64,000 nucleotides of DNA from Opitutia bacterium (GCA_947453335.1 CANGFP010000003.1:160704-224703); one strand, 5' to 3'. Positions 37,192-47,439 are shown, counted from the first letter of the stretch. Numbers and translations: made by a program. The notes: generated by a model not told the origin, from the sequence alone.

Positions 37192-38934
37192 TCAGCCGAA
37201 ACGGCGCCCGAGGTCGGCGTCCGTCCATTCCACATAGGTCCGGCGGCCCTTGGGATCGGTCCCGGGCTGCGAGGTGCGGAAAAGCGCCTGCACGAGTTCG
37301 AGCAGTTCGGCATCGGCCAAGGCGTCGCCCTTGCGGCGGGCCTTGTGGACGGCCAGGCGCGCCAACGCGTCGTAGGCCAACGCCGGGCGACCGAAATCGC
37401 CTTCACGGCGGGCCATCTCGGCCAGGAGGTCGCGCAGGAAGGGCAAGGCGTCGGACGGCTCGAGCCAAAGGGGCAAGGCCGCGATGCGCCAGAAGTTGCG
37501 GCCGTATTCCTCGAAGTCGAAACCGGCGTCCTGCAGCAGGCCGAGGCGTTCCTTCAGCACGGCGGCCGGCAGAGGCTCCAGCTCGAGGCTCAACGGGACG
37601 AGCAACGGCTGGCTGACGGGCTTGCGTTCCGAGAACTGGCGCAGGATGCCCTCGTACAAGACTCGCTGGTGGGCGGCGCCGACGTCGAGGATGGCCAGGC
37701 CGGTCGGGGTCTCGAATACGGCCCGCTCCTCGCGCAAGCGGGCCAGGAGACGCCAACCGAGGCGGATGGCGCCGCCGGGGGTCGGCGTGACGGGAGCCGC
37801 GGAAACAGGGAGAGGCGACGGCGTGACGGCCTGGGCTGACCCAACCGGAGCGACGACTTCAGGCGGAACCACGGGCGGGACGGACTGCGGGAAAACCGTC
37901 GGGACGACCGCAGGTATCGTCGTCGCGGGCAACCCCTCGTCCTGCCTCGCCTGCAGGACCGAGAGGACGGACTGGATGAGGAAACCGCGGACGCGGGCCT
38001 CGTCGCGGAAACGCACCTCGCGCTTGGCGGGATGGACGTTCACGTCGACCCACGCAGGATCGATCTCCAGGAACGCGAAGGCCAGCGGGTAGCGGCCCTT
38101 GGGGATCAGCGTATGGTAGCTCTCCGTGAGAGCGAAGGCCATCGTGCGGCTGTCGACCGGTCGGCCGTTGACGACCGTGACCAGGTCCTGACGCGTGCCG
38201 CGGCTGACGCCCGGCTTACCGAGCAGCCCGCTGAGGCGCATGCCATCGCGCTCGAACACCGGCATCAGGCCGACCTCGTCGGCGACCTGACGGCCCCAGA
38301 TCTCGCGCACGCGGTCGAGCAGCGGGACGTTCCCCGGCGAACGGAAGATCTCGCGGCCGTCCTCGCGGAGCAGGAAACCGACCTGCGGATGCGAGACGGC
38401 GTAGAGCCGCACGAGGCGGATGATGTGGGCGGCCTCGGTCTCGTCGGATTTCAGGAACTTCAGGCGCGCCGGAACGGGGTGGAACAGGTTGGCGACCTCG
38501 ATGCGGGTGCCGGGCGCCATGCCGTGTTCGCGCTGGTGCACGACGCGGCCGCCGTTGATGAGCAGCTCGGTCCCGGAAGGGGCGGAGGCGGGCCGCGTCT
38601 GGAGCGTGAAGCGCGCCACGCTGGCGATGGACGGCAACGCTTCGCCGCGGAAACCGAAGGTGGCGATGCGGTCCAGGTCGGCGGCGAGGCGGATCTTGCT
38701 GGTCGCATGGCGCTCCACGCTCAGCAGGGCCTCTTCGGGCGTCATGCCCTTGCCGTTGTCCTCGACGACCGTGAGGGCCTTGCCCCCGCGGGAGAAGTCC
38801 ACCACGACGCGCGTCGCCCCGGCGTCCAGGGCGTTCTCGAGGAGCTCCTTGACCACCGCGGCCGGACGCTCGACCACCTCGCCAGCGGCGATCTGGTTGG
38901 CGACGGTCGGGTCGAGTACGCGGATCGTGGACAT
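37192..38934 (-). CDS. mutL: DNA mismatch repair protein MutL
   Basis: The internal ATG is at 38934 (MSTIRVLDPTVANQIAAGEVVERPAAVVKELLENALDAGAT), which is a GHKL ATPase N-terminus. The C-terminal dimerisation domain is present. The stop abuts the uvrB stop. Confidence 0.95.
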   Translation of the reverse strand: MSTIRVLDPTVANQIAAGEVVERPAAVVKELLENALDAGATRVVVDFSRGGKALTVVEDNGKGMTPEEALLSVERHATSKIRLAADLDRIATFGFRGEALPSIASVARFTLQTRPASAPSGTELLINGGRVVHQREHGMAPGTRIEVANLFHPVPARLKFLKSDETEAAHIIRLVRLYAVSHPQVGFLLREDGREIFRSPGNVPLLDRVREIWGRQVADEVGLMPVFERDGMRLSGLLGKPGVSRGTRQDLVTVVNGRPVDSRTMAFALTESYHTLIPKGRYPLAFAFLEIDPAWVDVNVHPAKREVRFRDEARVRGFLIQSVLSVLQARQDEGLPATTIPAVVPTVFPQSVPPVVPPEVVAPVGSAQAVTPSPLPVSAAPVTPTPGGAIRLGWRLLARLREERAVFETPTGLAILDVGAAHQRVLYEGILRQFSERKPVSQPLLVPLSLELEPLPAAVLKERLGLLQDAGFDFEEYGRNFWRIAALPLWLEPSDALPFLRDLLAEMARREGDFGRPALAYDALARLAVHKARRKGDALADAELLELVQALFRTSQPGTDPKGRRTYVEWTDADLGRRFG

Positions 38935-38936
38935 GC

Positions 38937-39632
38937 TTACTTCGCCTTCGCAGGCACGAACTCCGCCCAGCTCTCGTCGATGGTCTTGCCGCAATGCTCG
39001 GCCCAGACCTTCTCGACGTCCCCGCCGGAGACGCCGGCGAGGTGCAGCTTCTTGACCAGGCCGGGCGAGCGCTTCTCGGCCTGCAGGATCAGGTAGCCCG
39101 TCACGCGGTAGGAATCTCGGGGCTTGTTCTTGGCGGGGTCGAGGCGGATGCCGAACCTGCCGCCCTCGGCCACGCCGAAGCGGACGTAGTCGGCGAGGCC
39201 CTCGGTCATCCAACCAGGGATGCCGCGGTAGCCCTGCAGCACGTGGGTCAGCTCATGGACCACGAGCATCACGTCGTCCTGGTGCCTGGCGGCGTAGCGC
39301 GTCGAGATCGTGATGGCCTTGCCGTTCCAGAAAGCCACGCCGTCCATGTCCTTGAAGCGGATCGTGAGGCGCTTCGGGCGCTTGGCTTCGGCCGTGCCGA
39401 GCAAGGCGGCGACCTTGGGTTCCCACTCCTTGACGAGTTCCGTCGCGCGGGCGGCGAAGGCCTGTAGGTTCGGTTCCTTGGCGGGATCGTCGAACACCAC
39501 CTGCACCTCAAGGGCGCGCGCGGGGGCCGCCGCCGCGGGAGCGACGGCCGGCGCGGCCGGGACGGCGACCGGGGCATCGGCGGCCTGGACGAACGCGGAC
39601 AGCGCGAGCAGGATGGTCAGGGACCGGGGCAT
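38937..39632 (-). CDS. Secreted HExxH metallopeptidase-like protein (basic-secretory-protein-like)
   Basis: The internal ATG is at 39632. The signal peptide is [17 protein letters not shown]. The zinc motif is [11 protein letters not shown] followed by [11 protein letters not shown]. Its stop is 2 nt upstream of the mutL start. Confidence 0.6.
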   Translation of the reverse strand: MPRSLTILLALSAFVQAADAPVAVPAAPAVAPAAAAPARALEVQVVFDDPAKEPNLQAFAARATELVKEWEPKVAALLGTAEAKRPKRLTIRFKDMDGVAFWNGKAITISTRYAARHQDDVMLVVHELTHVLQGYRGIPGWMTEGLADYVRFGVAEGGRFGIRLDPAKNKPRDSYRVTGYLILQAEKRSPGLVKKLHLAGVSGGDVEKVWAEHCGKTIDESWAEFVPAKAK

Positions 39633-39728
39633 GATGTGAGGAGGATTGGGCCACTCCCCCGCCCCTGCAAGTCGAACAGGCCGAAACCGCGGGATTGCAC
39701 CCGGCCAAAGAGCCGCAACCTTGCGAGG

Positions 39729-41741
39729 GTGCCCAACCGACTGGCCCAAGAGCGCTCACTCTACCTGAAACAACACGCGGGCAACCCCGTGGACTGGTGG
39801 CCGTGGTGCCCGGAGGCCTTCGCCGTCGCGCAGGCCAGCGGCAAGCCCGTCCTGGTCTCGGTCGGCTACTCCTCCTGCCACTGGTGCCATGTGATGGCCC
39901 GCGAGTCCTTTGAGCAGCCCTGGATCGCGGAGCTCATGAACCAGCACTTCATCTGCATCAAGGTCGACCGCGAGGAACGCCCCGAAGTCGACAAGCTGAT
40001 GATGGACGCGGTGCAGATGATCAACGGCCACGGCGGCTGGCCGCTCAACTGCTTCTGCCTCCCTGACGGTCGCCCGTTCTTCGGCGGGACCTACTTCCCG
40101 CCCGAGGACCGCGGACATGGCCAGGTGCCTTGGCCGCAGCTGCTGATGCGGGTTTCCGATTTCTTCCACCGGAGCAAGGCCGAGCTCGCCGCCAACGCCG
40201 ACGCCATCGCGCAGAACCTCACGCACCTGACGCGCGCCCCGGACGCCGATGGGAGCTCGCCCCAGCCGGCCGACCTCCTCGCGGCGGCGAAGCGGCTCTG
40301 CGAACAGCACGACGACACCTACGGCGGCTTCGGCGGCGCGCCGAAGTTCCCCTCGCCGCCGACGCTCGACTTCCTCCTCGCGATCCGCTCCACGGCCGCC
40401 GCCGAACAGGACCGCGCCTTGGCCACGCGGCTCGACGCCGTGCTGACGGTGACGCTCGGCGCGATGGCCCGTGGCGGGCTCTTCGACCAGGTCGGCGGCG
40501 GCTTCCACCGCTACTGCGTCGACCGCGACTGGACCGTGCCGCACTTCGAGAAGATGCTGTACGACAACGCCCTGCTCCTCGGCACCTACGCCGAGGCCTG
40601 GGCCCGCTACCGCGACCCGCTGTACGCCCGCATCTGCGAGGAGACCGTCGCGTGGCTACGGCGCGAGATGCGCCTGCCGAACGGCCTCTACGCCGCGGCG
40701 CTCGACGCGGACACCGACCACGAGGAGGGCTCGACGTACGTCTGGAAGCCCGCCGAGGTCGTCGCGCTGCTCGGCGAGGAAGCCCTGCCCTTCGCGGCCG
40801 CCTACGGGCTCACCGACCAGGGCAACTTCGAGGGCGCCAACATCCCGAAGCTCCGGGCCAAGACCGCCGAACGCGACCGCCTTGCGCCGGCCCGCGCCAA
40901 GCTCCTCGCCGCCCGAGACCTCCGTCCGCAACCGGCTCGCGACGACAAGGCCCTCCTCGGGTGGAACGCCTTGCTGGTCCGTCAGCTCGCCAAGGCCGCA
41001 TGGATCTTCGGCCGCAAGGACTGGTTCGCCCTCGCCGCCGCGGCCGAGGACACGATCTGGAGGCTCTTCGCCACCGAAGGCCCCACGGTCGCGTTGCGCG
41101 CCGTCGCCCATGGCGACGAAGCGACGCTGGCCGGCAACCTGACCGACTACGTCTGGCTGGCGCAAGCGGAGCTCGCCCTCGCGGCCTACGCCTCGTGGGG
41201 CCTGCCCGGGCAGACCGCGCGCTTCTCCGCCCGCGCCCACGCGCTGATGGACGCCGCCGCCACGCGTTTCGCCGACCCGCACGCCGTCGGCTACTTCTTC
41301 GCGACCGCGGACCGCGAGGACCTTTCCGTGCGCCAGAAGGACTGGTTCGACAACGCCGTACCGGCCGGCAATTCGTCGCTCATCCACGCCTGTGCCGAGA
41401 GCCATGCGCTCACCGGCGAGGAGCGCTGGCAGGTCGCGCTGACGGACCTCGCCCAAGCCTACGGTGGCATGGCCCGCAACGTCCCCAACGGCGTCGCGCA
41501 CGCCTTGGACGGCCTGACCCGCCACGCGCTCGGCCTCGCGGTGCTGAAGCATGCCCCTAACGCCGACATGGACCGTCTGCAGGCCGCTTTGTGCGGCCAG
41601 GTAAACACCTCAGCCCACGCGCGTCCCTTCCGCGGACTCCACCTGCAACCGGAGCCCGGAACGGCCGGATTCCAGCTCTGCGTCGGGTCGACCTGCCTGG
41701 CTCCGACGACCGACGTCACGGCCATCGCCGCGGCGCTCTGA
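39729..41741 (+). CDS. Thioredoxin-domain protein of the YyaL/DUF255 (SSP411-like) family
   Basis: Matching segments are [24 protein letters not shown] and [20 protein letters not shown], followed by an (alpha/alpha)6 region. The ATG at 39636 would sit 3 nt from the divergent gene start. I therefore prefer the in-frame GTG at 39729, but the start is uncertain. Confidence 0.85.
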   Translation: MPNRLAQERSLYLKQHAGNPVDWWPWCPEAFAVAQASGKPVLVSVGYSSCHWCHVMARESFEQPWIAELMNQHFICIKVDREERPEVDKLMMDAVQMINGHGGWPLNCFCLPDGRPFFGGTYFPPEDRGHGQVPWPQLLMRVSDFFHRSKAELAANADAIAQNLTHLTRAPDADGSSPQPADLLAAAKRLCEQHDDTYGGFGGAPKFPSPPTLDFLLAIRSTAAAEQDRALATRLDAVLTVTLGAMARGGLFDQVGGGFHRYCVDRDWTVPHFEKMLYDNALLLGTYAEAWARYRDPLYARICEETVAWLRREMRLPNGLYAAALDADTDHEEGSTYVWKPAEVVALLGEEALPFAAAYGLTDQGNFEGANIPKLRAKTAERDRLAPARAKLLAARDLRPQPARDDKALLGWNALLVRQLAKAAWIFGRKDWFALAAAAEDTIWRLFATEGPTVALRAVAHGDEATLAGNLTDYVWLAQAELALAAYASWGLPGQTARFSARAHALMDAAATRFADPHAVGYFFATADREDLSVRQKDWFDNAVPAGNSSLIHACAESHALTGEERWQVALTDLAQAYGGMARNVPNGVAHALDGLTRHALGLAVLKHAPNADMDRLQAALCGQVNTSAHARPFRGLHLQPEPGTAGFQLCVGSTCLAPTTDVTAIAAAL

Positions 41742-41797
41742 TCGTCCCTACTCCGCTCTTGCCCGTCCGGAGGGGCGGAGATTGATTGGGTGCAGCG

Positions 41798-43543
41798 ATG
41801 GCCGACGAACCCTCTTACGTCTACGGTCAGGGCCCGGGAAGCAAACGGAGCCGGCGGATGCTGCTGGGCCTGGTCATCGTCGAGCAGAAGGGCTATCACG
41901 ACCTCAGCTACCGTCCGAACTGGCCGCGCCTGGCCTGGGTGCTGCCGGTGACGGCCTTGGCCGGGTGGCTGCTCAGCGCCGAGGCCTACTACTTCAAGGA
42001 ACGCTACATGGGGGGCATCTCCACCACCCGCCGCGGCGACATGTACCTGTACTTCCCGCAGTCCGTGGCGAACTGGTTCGCCAACCTGCCCCTCACGAAG
42101 GAGGAGGTCCGCCTCCGCGAGCGCGCGAACATCCTCCGGAGCCGCGACGAGTACGGCCGCGTCGCCCATCTCCAGCACAAGGGCGAATACTTCGTCACCG
42201 TCGCCAAGGCCGCCCTCGCCCGCCAGGACTACGCGGAGTTCTCCAAGTACATCGGCACGGGCGCCAACCTCGCGCCGAAGAACCTCGAAGCCCAGCGCCT
42301 CTGCGCCGACCTCTATTTCGCGTTCGGCCGGCCGCTCGATGCGTACCAGATCCTGGAGGAGTCCCTGGAGTTCTCGCTCCAGGACCAACCGCACTTCCGC
42401 TCCTTCCTCTACCGGAGCTTCATGCTGGACCAGGACCAGCGCATCATCGATTGCGCCAAGAAGTACCTGCCCATGCCCGGCCTCGACCCAGGGATCCGCA
42501 GCGACCTCCTGATCGCCCAGACCCAGGCGAACTTCCTCCGCGGCAACTACGCCGAGACCTCCCGCCTCATCCGCGAGCACCAGCTCGACCGCACGCCGGA
42601 GGGCTTCCTGCTCAAGTGCCAGGTGCTCTGGGAAACCGGTGAACGCACCGAAGCCCTGCGGCTGCTGGACGCCGCGACCAGCGCCTACCCCGGCGTCAGC
42701 CGCCTGCTGGAGCTGAAGGCGAAATGGCTGAAGGAGAACGGCAACCTCGCGGGCGCGCGCGATTGCCTCGATCTGCTCATCATCAAGGACCCCGGCAATC
42801 CCGGTCCGGTCATCCAGTCGCTCTTCCTCCTGCCCGGTCCGGAGAACGCCGCCAAGCGCGACGCCATCGTGGCGAAGCTGCTGCGCGACCACGGCCGCAA
42901 CGACCAGGCCATGCTGGAGCTGGCCCAGTACGCCAACGACAGCCTGCAGCCTGCCCTGACCGGCCGGCTCCTCCAGTGGGCCGACGACCATCGCTTCCCG
43001 ACGCGCCTCAAGTTCGCGCTCACGCACGCCGAATGCCTCATCAACGCGGACCAGGCCCACGCGGCGGTCATGCTGATCGAGGGGCTCCTCCGCCAAAGCG
43101 ACCGCGAGCAATGGATGAACGAGACCCGCATCGCCTTCGACGCGCTGAGGACGATCGGCTACTTCGCCGACGGCCAACCGGAGATCGGGCTCATCAACCT
43201 GCGGCGCCTGATGCAGAACAAGAACGTCCCGCCGCAGCTCCTCGTCGCCTCGGGCCGCAAGCTCATCGCCGCCAAGCGCTTCGTGGAGGCCAACGAGATG
43301 CTCATCGCGGCGCACCTGCAGAACGAGTCCAACCAGTCCATCCTGCTGCAGATCGTGCAGCTCAAGCTCGCCCACCCCGAGATCGCCGGCGACCTCGAGA
43401 CCTACCTGCGGCGCCTGATGGCCACGCGTAAGCCGCCGCGCGACGTCCTCGAGGCGGCCCTGCGCTGCGTGGGCTCCGACACTTTCCTGTTCTCGGGCGA
43501 CCGCGAGCGGCTGCTGTCCGACCTCGAGAAACTTCTCAACTAG
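41798..43543 (+). CDS. Membrane protein with a TPR-like helical-repeat domain, function unknown
   Basis: The first ATG is at 41798; the ORF-track start at 41786 is a TTG. The TM is WPRLAWVLPVTALAGWLLSA. It is followed by helical repeats (YAEFSKYIGTG, PLDAYQILEESLEF, RTEALRLLDAA). Confidence 0.65.
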   Translation: MADEPSYVYGQGPGSKRSRRMLLGLVIVEQKGYHDLSYRPNWPRLAWVLPVTALAGWLLSAEAYYFKERYMGGISTTRRGDMYLYFPQSVANWFANLPLTKEEVRLRERANILRSRDEYGRVAHLQHKGEYFVTVAKAALARQDYAEFSKYIGTGANLAPKNLEAQRLCADLYFAFGRPLDAYQILEESLEFSLQDQPHFRSFLYRSFMLDQDQRIIDCAKKYLPMPGLDPGIRSDLLIAQTQANFLRGNYAETSRLIREHQLDRTPEGFLLKCQVLWETGERTEALRLLDAATSAYPGVSRLLELKAKWLKENGNLAGARDCLDLLIIKDPGNPGPVIQSLFLLPGPENAAKRDAIVAKLLRDHGRNDQAMLELAQYANDSLQPALTGRLLQWADDHRFPTRLKFALTHAECLINADQAHAAVMLIEGLLRQSDREQWMNETRIAFDALRTIGYFADGQPEIGLINLRRLMQNKNVPPQLLVASGRKLIAAKRFVEANEMLIAAHLQNESNQSILLQIVQLKLAHPEIAGDLETYLRRLMATRKPPRDVLEAALRCVGSDTFLFSGDRERLLSDLEKLLN

Positions 43544-44447
43544 CCGGCGTCGGGGCCGGGCGGTCGGTGAGGTCGAAGTTGGCGGCCGCGCCGAGGCGCG
43601 TGCCGTCGGGCAACCAGGCGCCGCGGCTGCAGCCTTGGCGGATGAGCTCCTCGGCTTCGGACGGAGACTGCACCGCCACGGCCATCGCGAGGCCGGTCGC
43701 CTCCAAGGCGCCCGAGGCAAGGGCCCGGACCGGCGCGGGCAAGGTGACGCATTGGCCGGTACGCGGGTCGACGAACTGCGTCTGCTGGCGTTCGTTGGAT
43801 TTGCTGGCGAGGGCGAAGCGGCAGAGGTTCATCTCCTTGTCCTTGCCGAGACCCATCCGCCAACCGTTGGCGTCGCCGGGCGGGTCCAAGGCCAAGGCCA
43901 CGCCACCGCCGGCCAGGATGAGCGCGCGGTGGATGCCCCAGCTGTTCTCGAGCATATCGGAGATGCGGTCCACGGCGAGGCCCCGGATGACGGCTCCGAA
44001 GTCGACGCTGGCGCCGGCCTTGACGCAGGTGAACTCCGTGCCCTCGAGCTTGAAGGAGGCCCCGCGGAAATCGTTGTAGACCTTGGTCCATTCGGCGTCG
44101 TCGGGATTGAACGACGGCGTGCCGCGGGCCTCCCAGTAGCGGAAGAGCGCGCCAGCGGTGACGTCGAAAGCGCCTTGGGATTCCTCCTTCAAGGCCTGGG
44201 AGAAGTTCCAGAGCGTCTGGAAGTGTTCGCCCACGGCCACCAGGGCGCCGTCGGGCATGCCGTTCACGCCGGCCAGCGGACCGCTGTCGTGCCGGGCGTC
44301 GACCTGGAAGTCGAGCTCGTCGATCGAGTAGAAGATCGATTCCGCGGCGCGCTCGGCGTACGAGCGGTCCTCATCCGCGATGCGGATCCAGAAGCGCGTG
44401 CCCATGGCCTCATGGGAGAAGTTGTGGATGACGTTGCGTTCGCTCAT
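43536..44447 (-). CDS. apbE: FAD:protein FMN transferase (ApbE family)
   Basis: The internal ATG is at 44447 (MSERNVIHNFSHEAMGTRFWIRI). ApbE blocks are AFDVTAGALFRYW and ASVDFGAVIRGLAVDR. I see no signal peptide or lipobox. Confidence 0.85.
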   Translation of the reverse strand: MSERNVIHNFSHEAMGTRFWIRIADEDRSYAERAAESIFYSIDELDFQVDARHDSGPLAGVNGMPDGALVAVGEHFQTLWNFSQALKEESQGAFDVTAGALFRYWEARGTPSFNPDDAEWTKVYNDFRGASFKLEGTEFTCVKAGASVDFGAVIRGLAVDRISDMLENSWGIHRALILAGGGVALALDPPGDANGWRMGLGKDKEMNLCRFALASKSNERQQTQFVDPRTGQCVTLPAPVRALASGALEATGLAMAVAVQSPSEAEELIRQGCSRGAWLPDGTRLGAAANFDLTDRPAPTPAS

Positions 44448-44463
44448 GGGAAAAGGGGCTGCA

Positions 44464-45900
44464 TCACCATTCGCCGAACATGTGGGGGATGTCCACCTTG
44501 TTGGTGGTGTCGACCAGCACCCAGTACCATTCGTCCCGGCGGAGACGTAGCCTAAAGGTCTGGTAACCTGGTACGGCCGGACGGCTGTCATCATGGGCCA
44601 CCAAGATACGGACGGGCGCGCGCTCGGCCCCATCGAACTCGCCGTAACCGACTTGAAACGCCCGCAGGTAATAGGGTAACGGCCAATAGTGCCCACCGTC
44701 GACGGCGACATAGAACGGTTTTCCGGGATGCGCCTTCTGCCACGCCTGCTGGTACTCGCCGACGTCCTTTGCCAAAAGCACTCCGCGGAGGCTGGTCGGC
44801 GTATGGGGCTTCAGCGTGAACGCGCAGGCGAGGACAAAGACCGTGGCGGCGGCGAAGGACGCAGCCCACGTGAACACGCGGCGCTCCGCCAACAAAGGCC
44901 AAGCCAGCGACAGGCTCAGGCAGACAGGCAGGAAGAGCAGCCACGGGGTCTTGTAGGGCAAGGCCAGGTGGAAGAGGAAGCATCCGACGGAGGCGGCGAG
45001 AGGGACGTCGTTGGCCGAACGCTGGCCACCACGGACCAGCCGGATGGCCACGAGAGCCGCCAGCCAGAGCCCGACGGCCCACCAGTAGCCGGGATTGGTT
45101 TGGATAAGCGTGTCGTCATTGCCGGACGCGACCGCGAACGAACGCCAGAACTGATGTCCCCACGCGACCATGCCTGCCCAGTCGGTGAAGAGCACGGTCT
45201 GCAGGCTGATCCAGACGACGAGAGCTCCGACCGTGGCCCAAGCGACGCGACGCCAGGTCAGGGTCTCGCGAGCGAAGACGAGCAGCGCCAGCAGCAAGAT
45301 GCCCAAATAAGCCACCGCCGTCACCTTGCAGGCCAAGGACAGGCCGAAGGCTGCGCCGGAGAACACGGCCCACCACGCAGGGCGGACAGCCTCAGCCGAA
45401 CGATTCCACAGGAGCACACCCCACACGAAGCCTGCCACGAGCAACGGCTCCTGGATGAAGTAGTGTCCAAAGTAACAGCCGGCCGAGCCCATCAGCAGCA
45501 CGAAGGCAGCCATCCAACGGGTCGGCCAAGCGACATCGCGCAGGCAGAACGGCGCCGCGCAGACCAGCAGGTAGAAAAGGAACGGCACGAACCGGAGATC
45601 GCCTTCGCTCGCGTCATCGAACTTCAGGCCGCGTACGGCGAACACCGTCTTGGTCGCGACCGCCAAGGCCGGGCCATGGAACTTGTCCTGGTTCTCGCTA
45701 TACGGGATCCCGGAGGCCGAATCCTTCGCCAAGGACCACTGCACGGCCTCGTCGGCATGGACGCCTGGCGGGATATCCTGAAGCCCGTCTGGGCTAACCG
45801 GGGAATGCATGATCATGCCGACCCCCGTCACCAAGATCATCCACCCAAGCACCAGCAGGATGGCCAGTCCGACCCAAAGGACTTTGGCGAAACGCCCCAT
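44464..45900 (-). CDS. Polytopic membrane protein, GT-C-type glycosyltransferase-like (ArnT/PMT/TIGR03663-like)
   Basis: This is a 478-aa ORF with about 10 hydrophobic segments followed by a soluble C-terminal domain (FYVAVDGGHYWPLPYYLRAF). The family assignment comes from the architecture only. Confidence 0.6.
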   Translation of the reverse strand: MGRFAKVLWVGLAILLVLGWMILVTGVGMIMHSPVSPDGLQDIPPGVHADEAVQWSLAKDSASGIPYSENQDKFHGPALAVATKTVFAVRGLKFDDASEGDLRFVPFLFYLLVCAAPFCLRDVAWPTRWMAAFVLLMGSAGCYFGHYFIQEPLLVAGFVWGVLLWNRSAEAVRPAWWAVFSGAAFGLSLACKVTAVAYLGILLLALLVFARETLTWRRVAWATVGALVVWISLQTVLFTDWAGMVAWGHQFWRSFAVASGNDDTLIQTNPGYWWAVGLWLAALVAIRLVRGGQRSANDVPLAASVGCFLFHLALPYKTPWLLFLPVCLSLSLAWPLLAERRVFTWAASFAAATVFVLACAFTLKPHTPTSLRGVLLAKDVGEYQQAWQKAHPGKPFYVAVDGGHYWPLPYYLRAFQVGYGEFDGAERAPVRILVAHDDSRPAVPGYQTFRLRLRRDEWYWVLVDTTNKVDIPHMFGEW

Positions 45901-45903
45901 GTG

Positions 45904-46326
45904 TCAGACTTCGCCGAAGTGGCGCTGCAGGGCCTGCTTGATCTCGAGGGGCACCAAGGCGGCGGACATCGGGCCCTGCCCTTCCCGCCACGCATAGACG
46001 GTCGTGAGCTTGCCCTTGGCGACGGCGCGTTCGCCGACATGGGCGTCGAAGAGCCAGACGAGCTTCTTGTCGCCGATCTCGGCGGGCGTCAGCGCGACCT
46101 TGACGACGTCCTCGCGGTAGATCGGGGAAAGGAAGTCGCACTCCACGCGGACGCGCGGGAAGCCGGTCAGCTTGGCGCCTTCGGCCTTGAGGAACGGCAG
46201 GTGCAGGTGGCGGAAGAGGGCCTCCTCGGTGGCCTCGACCCAGAAGAAGATGGTCGAGAAATGCACGATTCCGGCGGCGTCGGTGTCGGAGAAATGCGCG
46301 CGGTATTCGGCCGTGAAGGTCACCAT
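45904..46326 (-). CDS. Acyl-CoA thioesterase, 4HBT/YbgC hot-dog family
   Basis: The matching segment is YRAHFSDTDAAGIVHFSTIFFWVEATEEALFRHL, which fits the YbgC/FcoT-type DTD..G.V.H motif. The ATG is at 46326; the ORF-track start at 46338 is a TTG. Confidence 0.85.
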   Translation of the reverse strand: MVTFTAEYRAHFSDTDAAGIVHFSTIFFWVEATEEALFRHLHLPFLKAEGAKLTGFPRVRVECDFLSPIYREDVVKVALTPAEIGDKKLVWLFDAHVGERAVAKGKLTTVYAWREGQGPMSAALVPLEIKQALQRHFGEV

Positions 46327-46371
46327 GACCTTATGCAAGCGAAGTCCCCTGCTGGTGCAACCGCCAAGGCG

Positions 46372-47439
46372 TCAACGAGCCCGGCGACCCGACCGCAACC
46401 AATGGACGTCGACCGCGGCCCCGCCGGAAGCCTCCACGCAGCGCTGCAGGAAGCCCTGGGGAGGCTCCTGGATGGAGAAGAGGTAAAGGCGAGGCCCCTG
46501 CCCCTGCTCCGCCTTGCCGAAGGCCTGCAACCACTGCTCCTGCCAACGCCCCTTCGGCAAGGCATGTCCGACCCGACGGAAGGAGCTATCGGAATAGATG
46601 AGCGAGGGATGGCCTTTCTGCTTCTCGTCATAGACGCGGATGCCGTCCTGGAAATCCGAGAAGACCACCAACGCGTCGTACTTCTCGACCAGCAGCCGGT
46701 CGAGCCAAGCCCCCAGCGAACCTTTTTCGCAGGCGGCGCGCAGACGGGCCTGCAGCTGCCGACCGGCAGGCGTCAGTTCCGCCTCCACCGTCTGGGTCGG
46801 AGCCTCGGTCAGCCGCGGCGGCTCCCGATGGAAGTTCCGACCGTGCACGATCGTCTCCTCCAGCGCCACGACCCGGGCCCCGTCGAACTGGAAGACGTCG
46901 GCGTCCGGGTATTGCTTCCGGATCTCCGCCGTGACGCGGGCCAAGTACGGCCGCATCGAACCGGAGCAGTCCAGGTAGACGGCGACATGCTGGGCGCGGA
47001 TCGTCGCCCCCATGACGGGTTTGCCGACGAAGCGTTGGGCAGCCCCCGCGGGGCCACCGAACCCTTGGCCGCGACCGAATCCCTGCCCGATGGCGCCGCT
47101 ACCCTTCGCCCCGGCCGCGGGACCCGCGGCGTTCCCGGCCACCGGGGGCAGGCTGGGCAACGTCACGGCCGCGTTCGGATTATCCACCGTCAGCCGTGCG
47201 TGAGGCCGGAAGTTCGCCTTCGGCTGGGCGCGCACCGTGTGCTCCTTTTCATCGGCGGCGCCTTGTCCGGCGGGCGCCACGAAGACCGACGGGCCATCCG
47301 GACGCGCCGACGGCGGCGGGGACCGGAACACGATCCAACATGCGGCCAAGACCAGGCCGACGTGCAGCAGCAGGGACGCCAGCAAGCTGCGCCATGAGCG
47401 CGCCCGCGGGCGCTCGCGCGTGAAGGAAGGAGGAGCCAT
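46372..47439 (-). CDS. TonB/TolA-like SxxxH-anchored protein with a VWA-like C-terminal domain (paralog B, 355 aa)
   Basis: The TM is SLLASLLLHVGLVLAACWIVF, which contains S-x-x-x-H. It has a Gly-rich linker (GSGAIGQGFGRGQGFGG). Conserved blocks shared with the upstream gene are FVGKPVMGA, AVYLDCSGSM, YDALVVFSDFQDG, GQGPRLYLFS and CVEASGG. Confidence 0.75.
   Translation of the reverse strand: MAPPSFTRERPRARSWRSLLASLLLHVGLVLAACWIVFRSPPPSARPDGPSVFVAPAGQGAADEKEHTVRAQPKANFRPHARLTVDNPNAAVTLPSLPPVAGNAAGPAAGAKGSGAIGQGFGRGQGFGGPAGAAQRFVGKPVMGATIRAQHVAVYLDCSGSMRPYLARVTAEIRKQYPDADVFQFDGARVVALEETIVHGRNFHREPPRLTEAPTQTVEAELTPAGRQLQARLRAACEKGSLGAWLDRLLVEKYDALVVFSDFQDGIRVYDEKQKGHPSLIYSDSSFRRVGHALPKGRWQEQWLQAFGKAEQGQGPRLYLFSIQEPPQGFLQRCVEASGGAAVDVHWLRSGRRAR

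Noticed and set aside
39636-39728. The ATG at 39636 as the start of the YyaL-like gene.
   Set aside because: It would leave only 3 nt between two divergent start codons, with no room for promoters. The added 31 residues ([21 protein letters not shown]...) are Arg/Pro-rich and unlike the family N-terminus. I prefer the in-frame GTG at 39729, but this remains uncertain.
44689-47397. Other long antisense ORFs: a 902-aa plus-strand ORF at this location, plus 34828-37167 (-), 31067-33352 (-), 41459-43720 (-) and 864-2195 (+).
   Set aside because: Each is the complement of a gene with strong family motifs (GT-C/thioesterase/paralog B, uvrB, nadE, the TPR membrane protein, pheA). Each shows Arg/Gly/Asp/Ala-rich low-complexity translation. 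I treat them all as shadow ORFs.
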